Source of the DNA: Octopus sinensis
Taxonomy: Eukaryota
Length of the DNA stretch: 64,000 bases
Direction of reading: 5' to 3'
Assembly (NCBI RefSeq): GCF_006345805.1
Contig: NC_043001.1
Span: 121,644,001 to 121,708,000, forward strand
The position numbers and the translations under genes were made by a program. Under the pieces are notes generated by a model. The model saw only the letters and a program-made list of their open reading frames with translations, did not search any database and was not told the origin of the DNA. Every line of letters starts with the position of its first letter. Position 1 is the first letter of the stretch. Positions 25,885 through 37,703 of the stretch are shown piece after piece.

Positions 25885-26215
25885 ATATGTTATAAGATAT
25901 GGAGTAAACATGACAGTATTGAACCCTTGTGGGCAATAAAGAAAGAAATATTTGTTTTCATAATGCGGCGAGCTGGCAGAAACATTAGCATGCCGGGCGA
26001 AATGCTTAGCAGTATTTCGTCTGTCTTTACGTTCTGAGTTCAAATTCCGCTGAAGTCGACTTTGCCTTTCATACTTTCGGGGTCAATAAATTAAGTACCA
26101 GCCGTGTACTGGGGGTCGATCTAATCAACTCCCGCCCTCCCCCAATATTTCAGGCCTTGTGCCTAGAGTAGAAAAGAATATTTTGCTTGTCATTCAGTAC
26201 ATCATTTTTAATATC

Positions 26216-26251
<36 letters not shown>

Positions 26252-26482
26252 CCTGTGTATGTGTGTTTGTGTTTGTGTACATGCATTTGTAAAACAACAT
26301 ATAAACACAGAAGTCTGGTGCAGGCTTCAGCCCGTCTGGTTCTTGTGGTACCATCCCACCCTTGCTAGCATGGATCATGGATGTTAAATGATCATAATGA
26401 AATTATCACTTGTTATTATTGCTGTATATAACTCGGTGTATGTATGCTTCTACATATAATTATAGGCGTGTATTTGAGCATT

Positions 26483-26543
<61 letters not shown>

Positions 26544-26809
26544 TATGTGTAAATGTGTTAATATACATGTGTGTTCGTGTGTATGTGTGTGAGCATATGT
26601 AGTTGTGTATGTGTGTGTGAATATGTGTAGACATGTGTGTGCATGTATACACACACACATCTAGCTATGTAAATGCATAAAACACCATATATTAGAGATG
26701 CAAATAAATATGGGAAGATACAGCCATCAATGAAAATGGTAAAAATTTAAGAGAGAGGAGAGAGGGAGAGAGAGAGAGAGAGAAAGAGAGGGGGAGCGAA
26801 GGAGGATGA

Positions 26810-26888
<79 letters not shown>

Positions 26889-26889
<1 letters not shown>

Positions 26890-27441
26890 GCCCTGACGCA
26901 GTACCAGGCAGTGGCTCTCATGGCTTCTGAGCTTAACTGATTGGAAGTGTTATCATGTACATTGTTCTGTCTTGGTATAAAAGATGGGCTACAGCAAATA
27001 TTCTGCTCAATACCACAGATTTGCTTGTCAGTTGTTTGACCTTAACCAGTTGAGCATGTCCCTTGGGGCTGACGATATGTGCATCTCTGATCACGAGCAG
27101 AAGTAGTGGGGAAGCATCATAGCCATGTGTTGTGAGGGATTCTTTGGGGTTTGAATAATTCACCTCTGGAAACATGGGTGGTTCTTTAACATCCTTAAAC
27201 AACCCTTATTCAGGGACCGTTTGAACGGGATGGGCTACTCAACCTGAAGAAAATTCTAACTGGGCCCCACCTACAAGGTCATGTGCTGTTTATCTTGATA
27301 TGAGATCACCATGTCGCGCACATATGGTTGTGATGCATGTGCCTGGTGTACCTTTATCAGACGGGTAGTCATGATGGGTATATTGGGCTTCGTATATTTT
27401 ACCCCAGTGTCACTTTGATGGCATGAACTGCTCTCTCACTC
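26889..27441 (+). mobile_element. About 550-bp non-coding element embedded in (TAA)n, probably a non-autonomous retroposon
   Basis: Higher-GC block with sharp borders between long TAA runs. The 3' end ...TTTTACCCCAGTGTCACTTTGATGGCATGAACTGCTCTCTCACTC is followed by (AAT)n. No credible ORF. Confidence 0.65.
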
Positions 27442-27492
27442 AATAATAATAATAACAATAATAATAATAATAATACAAAGAAATAAACTTAC

Positions 27493-27567
27493 ATTTGACT
27501 TTGAGATAATGGCGAAGATTCCAGCACCGAGGAGGATGGCAAAAATGATGAAGAGGCATATGAAAAA
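27493..27567 (-). CDS. Tetraspanin exon (TM3), 25 aa
   Basis: Acceptor ttttctattttccag|TTT and donor AAT|GTAAGT. 75 nt, FFICLFIIFAILLGAGIFAIISKSN. Confidence 0.93.
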
Positions 27568-27739
27568 CTGGAAAATAGAAAAATATGGAAAGTGAATCAA
27601 ATGTTTTCTCTCATGTTGAAAGTACTTCAGGGTACTTATGCTAATTCATACAGAGTACCTTTCATTCATAGTGCTATTACATCCTAGCACAAATGCAGGG
27701 TACTTACTTTCAGGTAGACTCTCCTTGCTGACATATGCT

Positions 27740-28045
27740 AAGTAGCTTTCATATATGCTGTTGTTTGTGCCTTCTCGAGCCATGCCTGGCTCATAAGGGC
27801 CGGTTTCCCGGTTTTCTTGTCATGTAGGTTCCCCACCTGGACGGGATGCCGACCCGTAGCAGATGAGCTGCTAGATGCAGGTGGAAAGAGCGAGAGAAAG
27901 TGGTGGTGAAAGAGTCAGCAGAGGTTTGCCATTACCTTCTGCCGGAGCTGCGTGGAGCTTACGTGCTTTGCTTATAAACACACACACTGCCCGGTCTGAG
28001 ATTTGAACCCGCGATCCCTCGACTGCAAGTCTGCTGCTCTAACCA
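27740..28045 (-). mobile_element. tRNA-headed SINE (family X); other fragments at 43160-43350 and 43480-43630
   Basis: Head at 27990-28045 and tail ...GAGCCAGGCATGGCTCGAGAAGGCACAAACAAC shared with 43300-43345. Confidence 0.7.
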
Positions 28046-28202
28046 CTAGAACATGTGCCTCCATGCTTTCATATATAGTATCTCAAAATGTGAGATATAT
28101 TTTTCAGTAATTTCATTCTAGCACACAAACTGGGTACATTTTAAGGATAAACTCTCATACACCCCATGTATATTTTAGGGACAAACTTTTGGGTACCTTT
28201 AA

Positions 28203-28424
28203 TCCTTTAGCATTCAGATTACTCCATCAAATATAATGTTTATTTATTTACATTGTTTTGAATTAATCAGGGATTATTTTTTGTAGCTTCGGAAGTTTGA
28301 TGATGTGATTGTTTATTTTTAGACATCATCAGAATCTCAAAGCTACAAGATAATACATAATTAATTCAAAGCATTATAAATAAATAAGTATCACATTGGT
28401 AGAATAATCTGGAATGCTAAAGGG
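28203..28424 (+). mobile_element. Second TTAA-flanked MITE family (related copy at 5524-5744)
   Basis: TTAA|TCCTTTAGCATTC...GAATGCTAAAGGG|TTAA inverted termini. Confidence 0.7.
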
Positions 28425-28604
28425 TTAAATTGTCTGTATCCAGCACAAATATTCTACTTATTTTATGTTCAAATTTACCATATCCAACCTCTCACACACA
28501 TCCTGCAATGTCATTCTAAAAATACACAATCACATCATCAAAATCTCAAAGCTATGAGATAATACAGGATTAATTAAAAACAATAGGAATAAATAAGCAT
28601 GACA

Positions 28605-29160
28605 GTTCTGTATTTAAGAGATGAGGAATTATGTACATTATTTACCTTATTTACATTTGACGGATATTTGTCTTCATCTTGTTTGTCGTTAACACGTTTT
28701 GGCTGATATACCCTCCACCCTTCATCAGGTATCTTGGGGAAATTTCGAACCTGGGTTCTCATTCCTAAGTATTTTTTGATGATGTTGTTGTTGTTATTAT
28801 TATTATTATTAATATTATTATTATTATTATCATCATCATTATCATTATTATTATTCAGGTCACTGCTTGGAATCAAACTTGGAATCTTGGGGTTAGTAGC
28901 CTGCATTCTTAACCACTATGTCACGGGCATATGGTGTAGTGATTAAGAGCGTGGGCTACTAACCCCAAAATTCTGAGTTTGATTCCATGTAGTCACCTGA
29001 ATAATAATAATAATAATAATATCGAAAAATACCTTAGGAATGAGAACCCAGGTTCGAAATTTCCCCAAGACATCTGATGAAGGATGGAGGATATATCAGC
29101 CGAAACGTTGTGTTAACAACAAACAAGATGAGGACAAATATCCATCAAATGTAAATAATG
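28605..29160. mobile_element. tRNA-headed, hammerhead-bearing SINE inserted as a head-to-head inverted dimer
   Basis: Minus copy (28605 to about 28920) and plus copy (about 28923-29160), each with a tRNA-like head, internal (TAA)n and CTGATGA...GAAAC tail. Bounded by the perfect 15-bp direct repeat TAAATAAGCATGACA (28590-28604 and 29161-29175), inside a TTAA-type MITE. Confidence 0.85.
29069..29114 (+). ncRNA. Hammerhead-like motif, second copy with intact core and one stem II mismatch
   Basis: GACAU-CUGAUGA-A-GGAUG(GAGGAUAUAU)CAGCC-GAAAC-GUU-GUGUU. Confidence 0.5.
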
Positions 29161-29760
29161 TAAATAAGCATGACATTGTCAGAGTAATATGAACACTAAA
29201 GGGTTAATGTAGAGAAAGCCAGGGAAGATTGAGTCACTAAAATACAAGACAAGCAACTGGATAGTTAGCAGTATGTACTCAGTCACTGCACTGAGTCAAT
29301 TAGTAAGGTATTTAGCTCCGAAGCCCCTAATGGCTAAATCTATCTAATTCTGAACAGCCACAGAAGCAGGTACATACGATTCATTCCATTAACAGCCTCT
29401 CGCTCATATGGGAAGAGTTTCCAAGCAGATTTCTTTCTCCCACATATACTGGGTACATTTTACAGTCAATCACAGGGTCCTTTGAAATTCTGTGCTCACT
29501 AGGGATTACGAACCAACTGATAGGGTAGCTTTTTGATATTATTATCCAGAGGTTTTGATTCCTATATCAGCAATCTTTCCCTCATACCCAAATATAGACA
29601 GAGGCACTCTCACACATACATAGATCATACATTCCAGATACATACATACATATATACATATACATATATATATATATATACACACCATTTATTTTGTTTT
29701 TATTTTATTGTTTTATTTTTTAAAATTGATTATAAGTACACACTGAGGACCTGTATCAGA

Positions 29761-29819
<59 letters not shown>

Positions 29820-30274
29820 AGATAGATAAATAGATAGATACATACATACATACATACATACATACATACAAATATATATATATAAATATGCTATTTCCAT
29901 ATGTTCAGTATATAAATCAGTAAACACATACTCAAACACACATACATACATACAAACATGCACACACACACACACAAGCACACACATGTACATACAGACA
30001 TGCAAATACTCATACACAGACACAGATACACATGCTCATATAAATACAGACACACATACAAATACACAGGCACACACACACACAAACCAATTCTGAAAGT
30101 GTTCATATGTGGGGAAAAAAAAATAATTCAAAGAAATGAAGAAACAAAAACAAATAAATGGCAAGGAAAAAAAAACAACAAAATAGTAACTAAAGAACAG
30201 ATTGGAATACTCCAAAGAAAAATGGTAAAAACAGATCAGTGGTACCAATTATTGGGATAAATTTTTCCACTTAC

Positions 30275-30469
30275 CGAAGCAAGAAGACACTGGCTCTTAC
30301 GGATAGCGCCACAGCAACCAATAAATCCTATTATCATCATCAGAACACCAACGCCTATAAGAATATAGGCACCCAAATATGGCAGGTTGAAGTTATCATC
30401 GATGTACATTTGAAACGTTGGATCGATGCGGATCCATATTCCGACACCAAGGATGGCACATCCCAACAA
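30275..30469 (-). CDS. Tetraspanin exon (end of TM1, small extracellular loop, TM2, start of TM3), 65 aa
   Basis: Acceptor ttttctttccag|TTG and donor TCG|GTAAGT. 195 nt, open frame LLGCAILGVGIW...GFIGCCGAIRKSQCLLAS (matches track ORF 30236-30469). Confidence 0.95.
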
Positions 30470-30774
30470 CTGGAAAGAAAAGAAAAGAAGAAGAAATATA
30501 GTAAAAGATCAAAGGCACATGTTTTTATGTTTTTTTATTAATTTTTCTCTATGGACGTTCTTGTAGTTTCAATCACGTTCATTCAAGTGAAGAATTTGTT
30601 CCTATCTGTTCAATAAATTAGAGAGTATAGTTGTGGCTGTATGGTTAAGAAGTTTTCTTTCCAGTTTTGTGGTTTGGGTTCAGTTCCAAGGTATGGTACC
30701 TTGGACAAGAGCCTTCAAGTTCACCAATTGTTGTGAATAAAATCTTATTTACAGAAGTTTAATATATATGTATA

Positions 30775-31370
30775 TCATCATCATCATCACCATCACCATC
30801 ATCATCATCATTTAACGTCCGCTTTCCATGCTAGCATAGGATGGACGATTTGACTGAGGACTGGCGAACCAGATGGCTGCACCAAGCTCCAATCTGATCT
30901 GGCATAGTTTCTACAGCTGGATGCCCTTCCTAATGCCAACCACTCCGAGAGTGTAGTGGGTGCTGTTACGTGTCACCAGCAGAAGGGACAGTCAGGCAGT
31001 ACTGGCAACAGCCACACTCAAATGGTGTTTTTTACGTTCCACCTGCACAGGAATGAGTCCAGCGGCACTGGCAATGACCTCACTCGAATGTTTTTTCATG
31101 TGCCACCAGCAAAAGTGCCAGTAAGGCGACACTGGTAATGATCACGCTCGAATGGTGCTTTTTATGTGTCACCGGCACGGAAGCCAGTTAGCTGCTCTGG
31201 TAACGATCACGCTCGGATGGTGCTCTTAGCATTCCACTAGCATGGATGCCTGTCATCGAATTTGATTTTAATTTCACTTGCCTCAACAGGTCTTCACAAG
31301 CAGAGTTTAGTGTCCAATGAAGGAAAGGTATGCATAAGTGAGCTGGTTACACCCCTGTCATAGGCTACGA
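30775..31370 (-). mobile_element. Retroposon family C, long copy with internal GTGCCACC modules (others at about 700-890, 10150-10500, 14301-14610, 25430-25885, 31840-32310, 34610-34890, 48555-48980, 52412-52685)
   Basis: (CAT)n tail, conserved 3' body and variable tandem modules. Confidence 0.8.
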
Positions 31371-31806
31371 TATATATATATATATATATGAATATCTGTA
31401 TAAAAAGAAAAATTCATGAGTTTCAGTAGGTCCGCTGCGAAGTCTTCCAAGCCTTTGATTTTTGGAGGGAATTTCTTAGATATAATACCATAGAATATAA
31501 TCTCTGTAGTGTCCTCTGTAGTGTACAGATAAATTCCTCTATTTATATAATATCGAGGTCTCTTTCATTCTTTTGTTGTCTTACCATTTCTATCAATACA
31601 CACACACACACACACACACATATACATATATATATATATATATATATGGTGATATATATCCATGCAATATATGTACATATATACATATATATACTATTCT
31701 CATCCAAAATGGAAACAAGTACCAACACTTCCATGTGGCATGCTTAAACAACTGTGAATATCTTTTCACATGAAACCGTTGGTTGCCTTGCTAAACCACG
31801 AATAAA

Positions 31807-31842
<36 letters not shown>

Positions 31843-32435
31843 TCATCATCATCATCATCATCATCGTTTAACGTCCGTTTTCCTCGCTAGCATGGGTTGG
31901 ACGGTTCGACCGGGGTCTGGGGAGCCAGGGGCTGCCCCAGGCTCCAGTCTGGTCTGGCAGTGTTTCTACAGCTGGATGCCCTTCCTAACGCCAACCACTC
32001 CGCAAGTGTAGTGGGTGCTTTTTACGTGCCACCTGCACAGGTGCCAGAGTGGTCTGGCATTGGCCACGATCGGTTGGTGCTTTTTTTTTAAGTGCTACCG
32101 GCACAGAAGCCAGTCAAGGCGGTGCTGGCATCGGCCACGTTCGGATGGTGCTTTTTATGTGCCACCGGCACACAAGCCATTCGAGGCAGGGTTGGCATCG
32201 GTCACGTTCGGGTGGTGCTTTTTATGTTCCACCGGCACAGAAGCCAGTTGAGGCTGCACTGGCAACGGCCACGTTCAGATGGTGCTGGCGGGGTTGGCAT
32301 CGGTCACGTTCGGATGGAGCATATATATATATATATATACTTATTTTATTGGTTTCTTTTTGCCAAGCTGCTAAGTTACAGGGATGTTAACAAACCAACA
32401 CCAACTGCCAAGTGATGGTGCATACAAGCACAAAG

Positions 32436-32474
<39 letters not shown>

Positions 32475-33414
32475 GGACTTCTTTCAGTTTCTGTGTACCA
32501 AAAATACACTCACAAGGATTTGGTCAGACCAAACGATGATGATGATGATGATGAGATGGTAGTGGTGGTAATGAGCTGGCGAGCTGGCAGAATCGTTAGC
32601 ACGCCGGGTGAAATATTTAGTGGTAATTCATCTGCGGCTACGTTCTGAGTTCGAATTCCGCCGAGGTTGACTTTGCCTTTCATCCTTTTGGGGTTCGATT
32701 AAATAAGTACCAGTTATGCACTGGGGTCGATGTAACCGACTCAATCTGTTTATCTGTCCTTGTTTGTCCCCTCTGTGTTTAACCCCTTTTGGGTATTAAA
32801 GAAATAGGTAGTGGTGGTGTTGATGGAGGTGTGTTGGTGAAAATGATGGTGATGCTGACGAAGATGATAATAATGCTTTATGTTAAAGGGTGTACTGGAT
32901 AGTTCCTAGTTTTGAGGGTCTCGCATAAGACTTGGTTGGATTTTTTGAGCACTGTTTGGCTTTGAGCATCCAGTAGAGACAAATAGGAACCAAAGGTGTC
33001 CATGGGCAAAAAAAAAAACAAAAAAAAAACGGTTGGGAAACTGATGCAGAGGTTTTTTCAGTAGCTTGGTACAAATAGTAGCATTGGTATCGATGCTGGT
33101 AATGTTGAAGGCAGTTTTGTGGTATTAGTTACAATAATGATGGTGTTGCTGGTGGAGATAGCAGCGGTAATGATGGTGGTGGAGGTGTTGGTGGTATGAT
33201 TATCCAACAAGTGATCAATAGATATCGATCAATACAGTATTGTAAAACAGCTTCCAAGAAGGATCAACCCCAATTGTTATAATATTAGAAAATGTATGAT
33301 TTTTGTTTTTTGTTTTTGCAACATTGAACTATAGAATATGCTTTTGTCTATTAACACTTGTACAGCTACTTGGACTTAAAAACTGTATAGTAATAACTGT
33401 ATAATAATAACTCT

Positions 33415-33810
33415 TGCTTTTTTACTTGTTTCACTCATTTGACTGTGGCCATGCTGGAGCACCGCCTTTTTAGTCGAGCAAATCGAACCTAGAACTTATT
33501 CTTTGGAAGCCTAGTACTTATTCTATCGGTCTCTTTTGCCGAACTGCTAAGTTATGGGGATGTAAACACACCAGTATCGGTTGTCAAGCGATGCTGGAGG
33601 GAAAAACACAGACACACAAACACACATATATATATATACATATATACGATGGGCTTCTTTCAGTTTCCATCTACCAAATCTACTCACATGGCTTTGGTCG
33701 ACCTGAGGCTATAGTAGAAGACACTTGCCCAAGGTGCCACGCAGTGGCACTGAACCCGGAACCATGTGGTTCATAAGCAAGCTACTTACCACACAGCCAC
33801 TCATATGCCT
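33415..33810 (-). mobile_element. SINE family A, full-length
   Basis: Reverse complement of the family A consensus. Confidence 0.8.
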
Positions 33811-34222
33811 AGTGTAGGAATAACTGTGTAGAAAACATACATAACTATGCAAAAAAATAGTAACAATACAAAAAATACTGTTGTTATCTCCCTTTTCAAC
33901 ATCATAAATCCACGTTGAATACATTAACCAATTCACTGCAGAAAACAGATGTCTACTCAATATTTTATTACCCTTAAGTGCAGAAAGCACATTTATATAC
34001 CAATCTATCTTTTGTTGAAGAATGGCATATTTGAAACTATGGTTCGTTGAGATATGTTAAATTTACAGCGGGAAGGTGACTTGCAGAAAATACAATTTCT
34101 ATTTTTGGTAGATACTGAACATAATTACTGGAATAATCATAGAATTTAATTATGTAATGAAAGGGTTACAAAATGTATTGAGTAAATGGATATTTCATAC
34201 ATGAAGGAAATTTTCTAAACAT

Positions 34223-34265
<43 letters not shown>

Positions 34266-35197
34266 CAATCTAGAATCTAATGGTATTGAAACACCTTTAT
34301 GGAACTGAAAGGTTTTATCAGCACTCAAGACATTCTTGTAGCAATAACACAGGAAACATTCTTCCTAACAACACAAAACACCCACCAGTCCAAACTATAC
34401 TTAAATCAGACCAGACATACTATTTCACAATGGGTGTGGACTGTTGGCATACATAGAAAAAAAAAGAAAAATCTCCATTTAATTTACAGTTATCACAAAG
34501 GACATTTCTAACATAATGGGAAACAACACTCCACTGGAAATGTAAGCTTCCAAAAAAAAAAAAAAACTAGTGACACAAAGCACATTGATATAATAAACAA
34601 CAATGACGACGACGTCGTCATCATCTTCATTTCATGTCCATTGTCCATGCTGGCATGGTTCGACGGTTTTACCAGGGCTGACACACTGGAAGGCTGCACC
34701 AGACTCCAATCTGATTTGGCACGGTTTTCTACAGCTAGATGCCCTTCCTAACACCAACTATACCAAGAGTGTAATGAATGGGTGCTTTTATATGCCACCA
34801 GCATGGGTGCCAGTTATGTGACACTGGGGTGCAATAACATGACACCAGTATCTGCCACGACTGAGATTTTGCTCAGCTTCATGGGTCTTCTTCCCAAAGT
34901 CATTTGACTGTGGCCATGCTGGAACACCACCTTGAAGGGCTCTAGTTGAACAAATCGACCCCAGGACTTATTTTTTCTTAACGCCTAGTACTTATTCTAT
35001 TGATCTCTTTTGCTAAACTGCTAAGTTAGAGAATGCTAACACACCAACACCAGTTGCCAAGCAGTGAGGGGTGGGGGACAAACATAGACACAAAGACACA
35101 CACAGTCAAATGAGTGAAACAATTAAGAGAATAAAAGAATAGACTATTTTGGCTACATATGGCTGGCTTAACCCTTTAGCATTCAGATTACATACAT

Positions 35198-35595
35198 AGG
35201 CACAGGAGTGGCTGTGTGGTAAGTAGCTTGTTTACCAACCACATGGTTCCGGGTTCAGTCCCACTGTGTGGCACCTTGGGTAAGTGTCTTCTACTATAGC
35301 CTCGGGCCGACCAAAGCTTTGTGAGTGTATTTGGTAGACGGAAACTAAAAGAAGCCCGTCATATATATATATGAGTGTGCGTGTTTGTGTGTCTGTGTTT
35401 GTCCCCCTAGCATTGCTTGACAACCGATGCTGGTGTGTTTATGTCCCCGTTACTTAGCGGTTCGGCAAAAGAGACCGATAGAATAAGTACTGGGCTTACA
35501 AAAGAATAAGTCCCGGGGTCGAGTTGCTCGATTAAAGGCGGTGCTCCAGCATGGCCGCAGTCAAATGACTGAAACAAGTAAAAGAGTAAAAGAGT
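35198..35595 (+). mobile_element. tRNA-derived SINE family A, full-length (dominant family, about 20 copies or fragments in the window)
   Basis: Box A-like GGAGTGGCTGTGTGG, box B-like GGTTCAGTCCC, CORE-like CCTTGGGTAAGTGTC, internal TA/TG microsatellite and (GTAAAAGA)n tail. Confidence 0.85.
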
Positions 35596-36022
35596 ATATG
35601 GCCAGTGTAAAACTCTACAAAGTTAAAGTAGGGAAGTATATAAATATCATAAACCCAAGGACCATCTCAAGTAATTCGGTTTATCAAATGACTGTATTTC
35701 ATAAATAAATATATATACATATTTTCTTCAGATTCAATTGCTATCACAGTGTCATATAAATAAAATTCAACAAAGGTGTATAAAAGGATAGTAAGATATT
35801 TCCTGGATAATAATTGAGTGTGTGTGGTTAAAAGCAATTAGTTTTCCCCCTCAACACTGTATTTAAGAATTAATGTTTTTCGTATGTCAGACACATTAAA
35901 CTGTCAATGTTTTCCAGCTACTGACTGAAACAAGATTGGAATCTATAATGTATCAATTTAACCCTTAGTATTCGGCTTATTCTGTCAAACGTGATGCCTG
36001 TTTATTCACATTGTTTTGAAAA

Positions 36023-36468
36023 AGGCGTAGGAGTGGCTGTATGGTAAGTAGCTTGTTTACGAACCACATGATTCCGGGTTCAGTTCCACTGCATGACACC
36101 TTGGGCAACTGTCTTCTACTATAGCCTCGGGCTGACCAAAGCTTTGTGAGTGGCTTTGGTAAACGGAAACTGAAAGAAGCCCATCATATATATGTATATA
36201 TATATTATATATATATATATACTCACATATATATATATATATGTATGTGCATGTGTATATGTTTGTCTGTGTTTGTTCTCTTAACATTGCTTGACAACCG
36301 ATGCTGGTGTGTTTACATCCCCGTAACTTAGCGGTTCGGCAAAAGATACCAATAGAATAAGTACTAGGCTTACAAAGAATAAGTCCTGGGGTCAATTTGC
36401 TTGACTAAAGGCAGTGCTCCAGCACGGCCACAGTCAAATGACTGATACAAGTAAAAGAGTAAAAGAGT
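36023..36468 (+). mobile_element. SINE family A, full-length
   Basis: Same head, body and tail as 35198-35595. Confidence 0.85.
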
Positions 36469-36682
36469 AATTGATTATACATTATCTTGTAGTTTTGAAG
36501 TGTCTTTGACGTGATTGCCTATTTGTAGAATAGCATTGTAGGATAGGAGTAAGAAGTCAGATCTGGCCAATTTGAACATGCAATAGGTAGAATATTTTGG
36601 TGAGATATGGTTGGCTTAATCCTTTAGCATTCAGATTACTTCATCAAATTAATGTTAAATTATTCACATTGTTTTGGATTAA

Positions 36683-37417
36683 CCCTTTCAATACCAACCC
36701 GGCTCTGTAGTACAAATGTCTTGTTTTCATAAATTTTGAATTAAAATCTTCCATCAAACCTTAGCCACAATTTATGTTCCTAACACCAGCTTAATGATAA
36801 CTAAGTTTTTTTACTAAATTCTTTGTTATATTTAAAATTAAGTGAAAGAAACACAGAGCATCTCAAAATAGATGCAGTAATAAAAGGGGTAACCAACAAT
36901 TTATTTAACCCTTTTGATAACAGCCTGGCTGAAACTGCCTCTGGCTCTGTAGTACCAATGTTTTGTTTGCAAAAGTTCTGAATTAAAATCTTCCACCAAA
37001 CATTAGTCACTATTTATGTTCCTAACACTAGCTTAATGATAACAAAGTTAGTTTACTAAATTCTTTATCATCATCATCATCATTTAGCGTCCGTTTTCCA
37101 TGCTAGCATGGGTTGGACAGTTTAACTGGGGTCTGTGAAGCCGGAAGGCTTCATCAGGCCCAGTCAGATTTGGCAGTGTTTCTACGGCTGGATGCCCTTC
37201 CTAACGACAACCACTCCGTGAGTGTAGTGGGTGCTTTTTACGTGCCACCTGCACAGGTGCCAGACAGAGCTGGCAAACGGCCACGAACGGATGGTGTTTT
37301 TACGTGCCACCGGCACGGGGGCCATGCGAGGCTGGCAACGGACTAAATTCTTTGTTATATTTAAAATTAATTGAAAGAAATACAGAGCATCTCAAAATAA
37401 ATGCAGTAACGAATGGG
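36683..37417 (+). mobile_element. Adjacent pair of the same MITE; the second copy is split by a retroposon at 37067-37341
   Basis: TTAA-CCCTTT starts at 36679 and 36905; the second copy ends GGG-TTAA at 37418-37421. Confidence 0.75.
37067..37341 (-). mobile_element. (ATC)n-tailed retroposon family C, 5'-truncated, with a 12-bp TSD
   Basis: TSD ACTAAATTCTTT at 37055-37066 and 37342-37353. Body motif GCTGGATGCCCTTCCTAACG.CAACCACTCC. Confidence 0.85.
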
Positions 37418-37662
37418 TTAAACATCTCACAGTTTTGAAATGTTGATGAAATGATTGCCTTGATGTTGTTGTTGCAGTTAAGTGTCTGGCTAAAAGTAAT
37501 TAACATCTCTATCAATATAATTTATTTAGAAATGTATGTTTTCTATATTTCAAATACATAAATCTGCCCATTTCCAGCTGCTGCTTGAGACAAAGACAGA
37601 ATCTATAAAGTATCAGATTTAATGGATTTTGTCTTTAGTTGAGGTTTTACATTCTGAATTCA

Positions 37663-37703
37663 ATTTTGTAGTCTATTAAATTCGATTTAATAGACTACAA
37701 AAT
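37663..37703. repeat. Perfect 19-bp hairpin with a TCG loop
   Basis: ATTTTGTAGTCTATTAAAT-TCG-ATTTAATAGACTACAAAAT. Confidence 0.9.

Larger units (their letters stand above)
9697..30469 (-). other. CD9-like: Tetraspanin gene, CD9/CD81-like (5'-incomplete gene model, 6 coding exons, 198 aa in window)
   Basis: Manually spliced product LLGCAILGVGIWIRIDPTFQMYIDDNFNLPYLGAYILIGVGVLMMIIGFIGCCGAIRKSQCLLAS|FFICLFIIFAILLGAGIFAIISKSN|MGNLVEDMLDNAVEKYDTNKASQILMDSVQKD|FNCCGSTRGKIDYGDTSPHVKTCIRDFYDI|PCKNKLTEFFTDYMVIIAGVAIGIAIVM|ILGMIFSMILCCSLREVA*. It has four TM segments (TM1 partial), the GCCGA motif after TM2, the CCG motif, a 4-Cys large loop and a CD9-like C-terminus. Family assignment is firm; CD9 orthology is inference. 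Confidence 0.93.
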
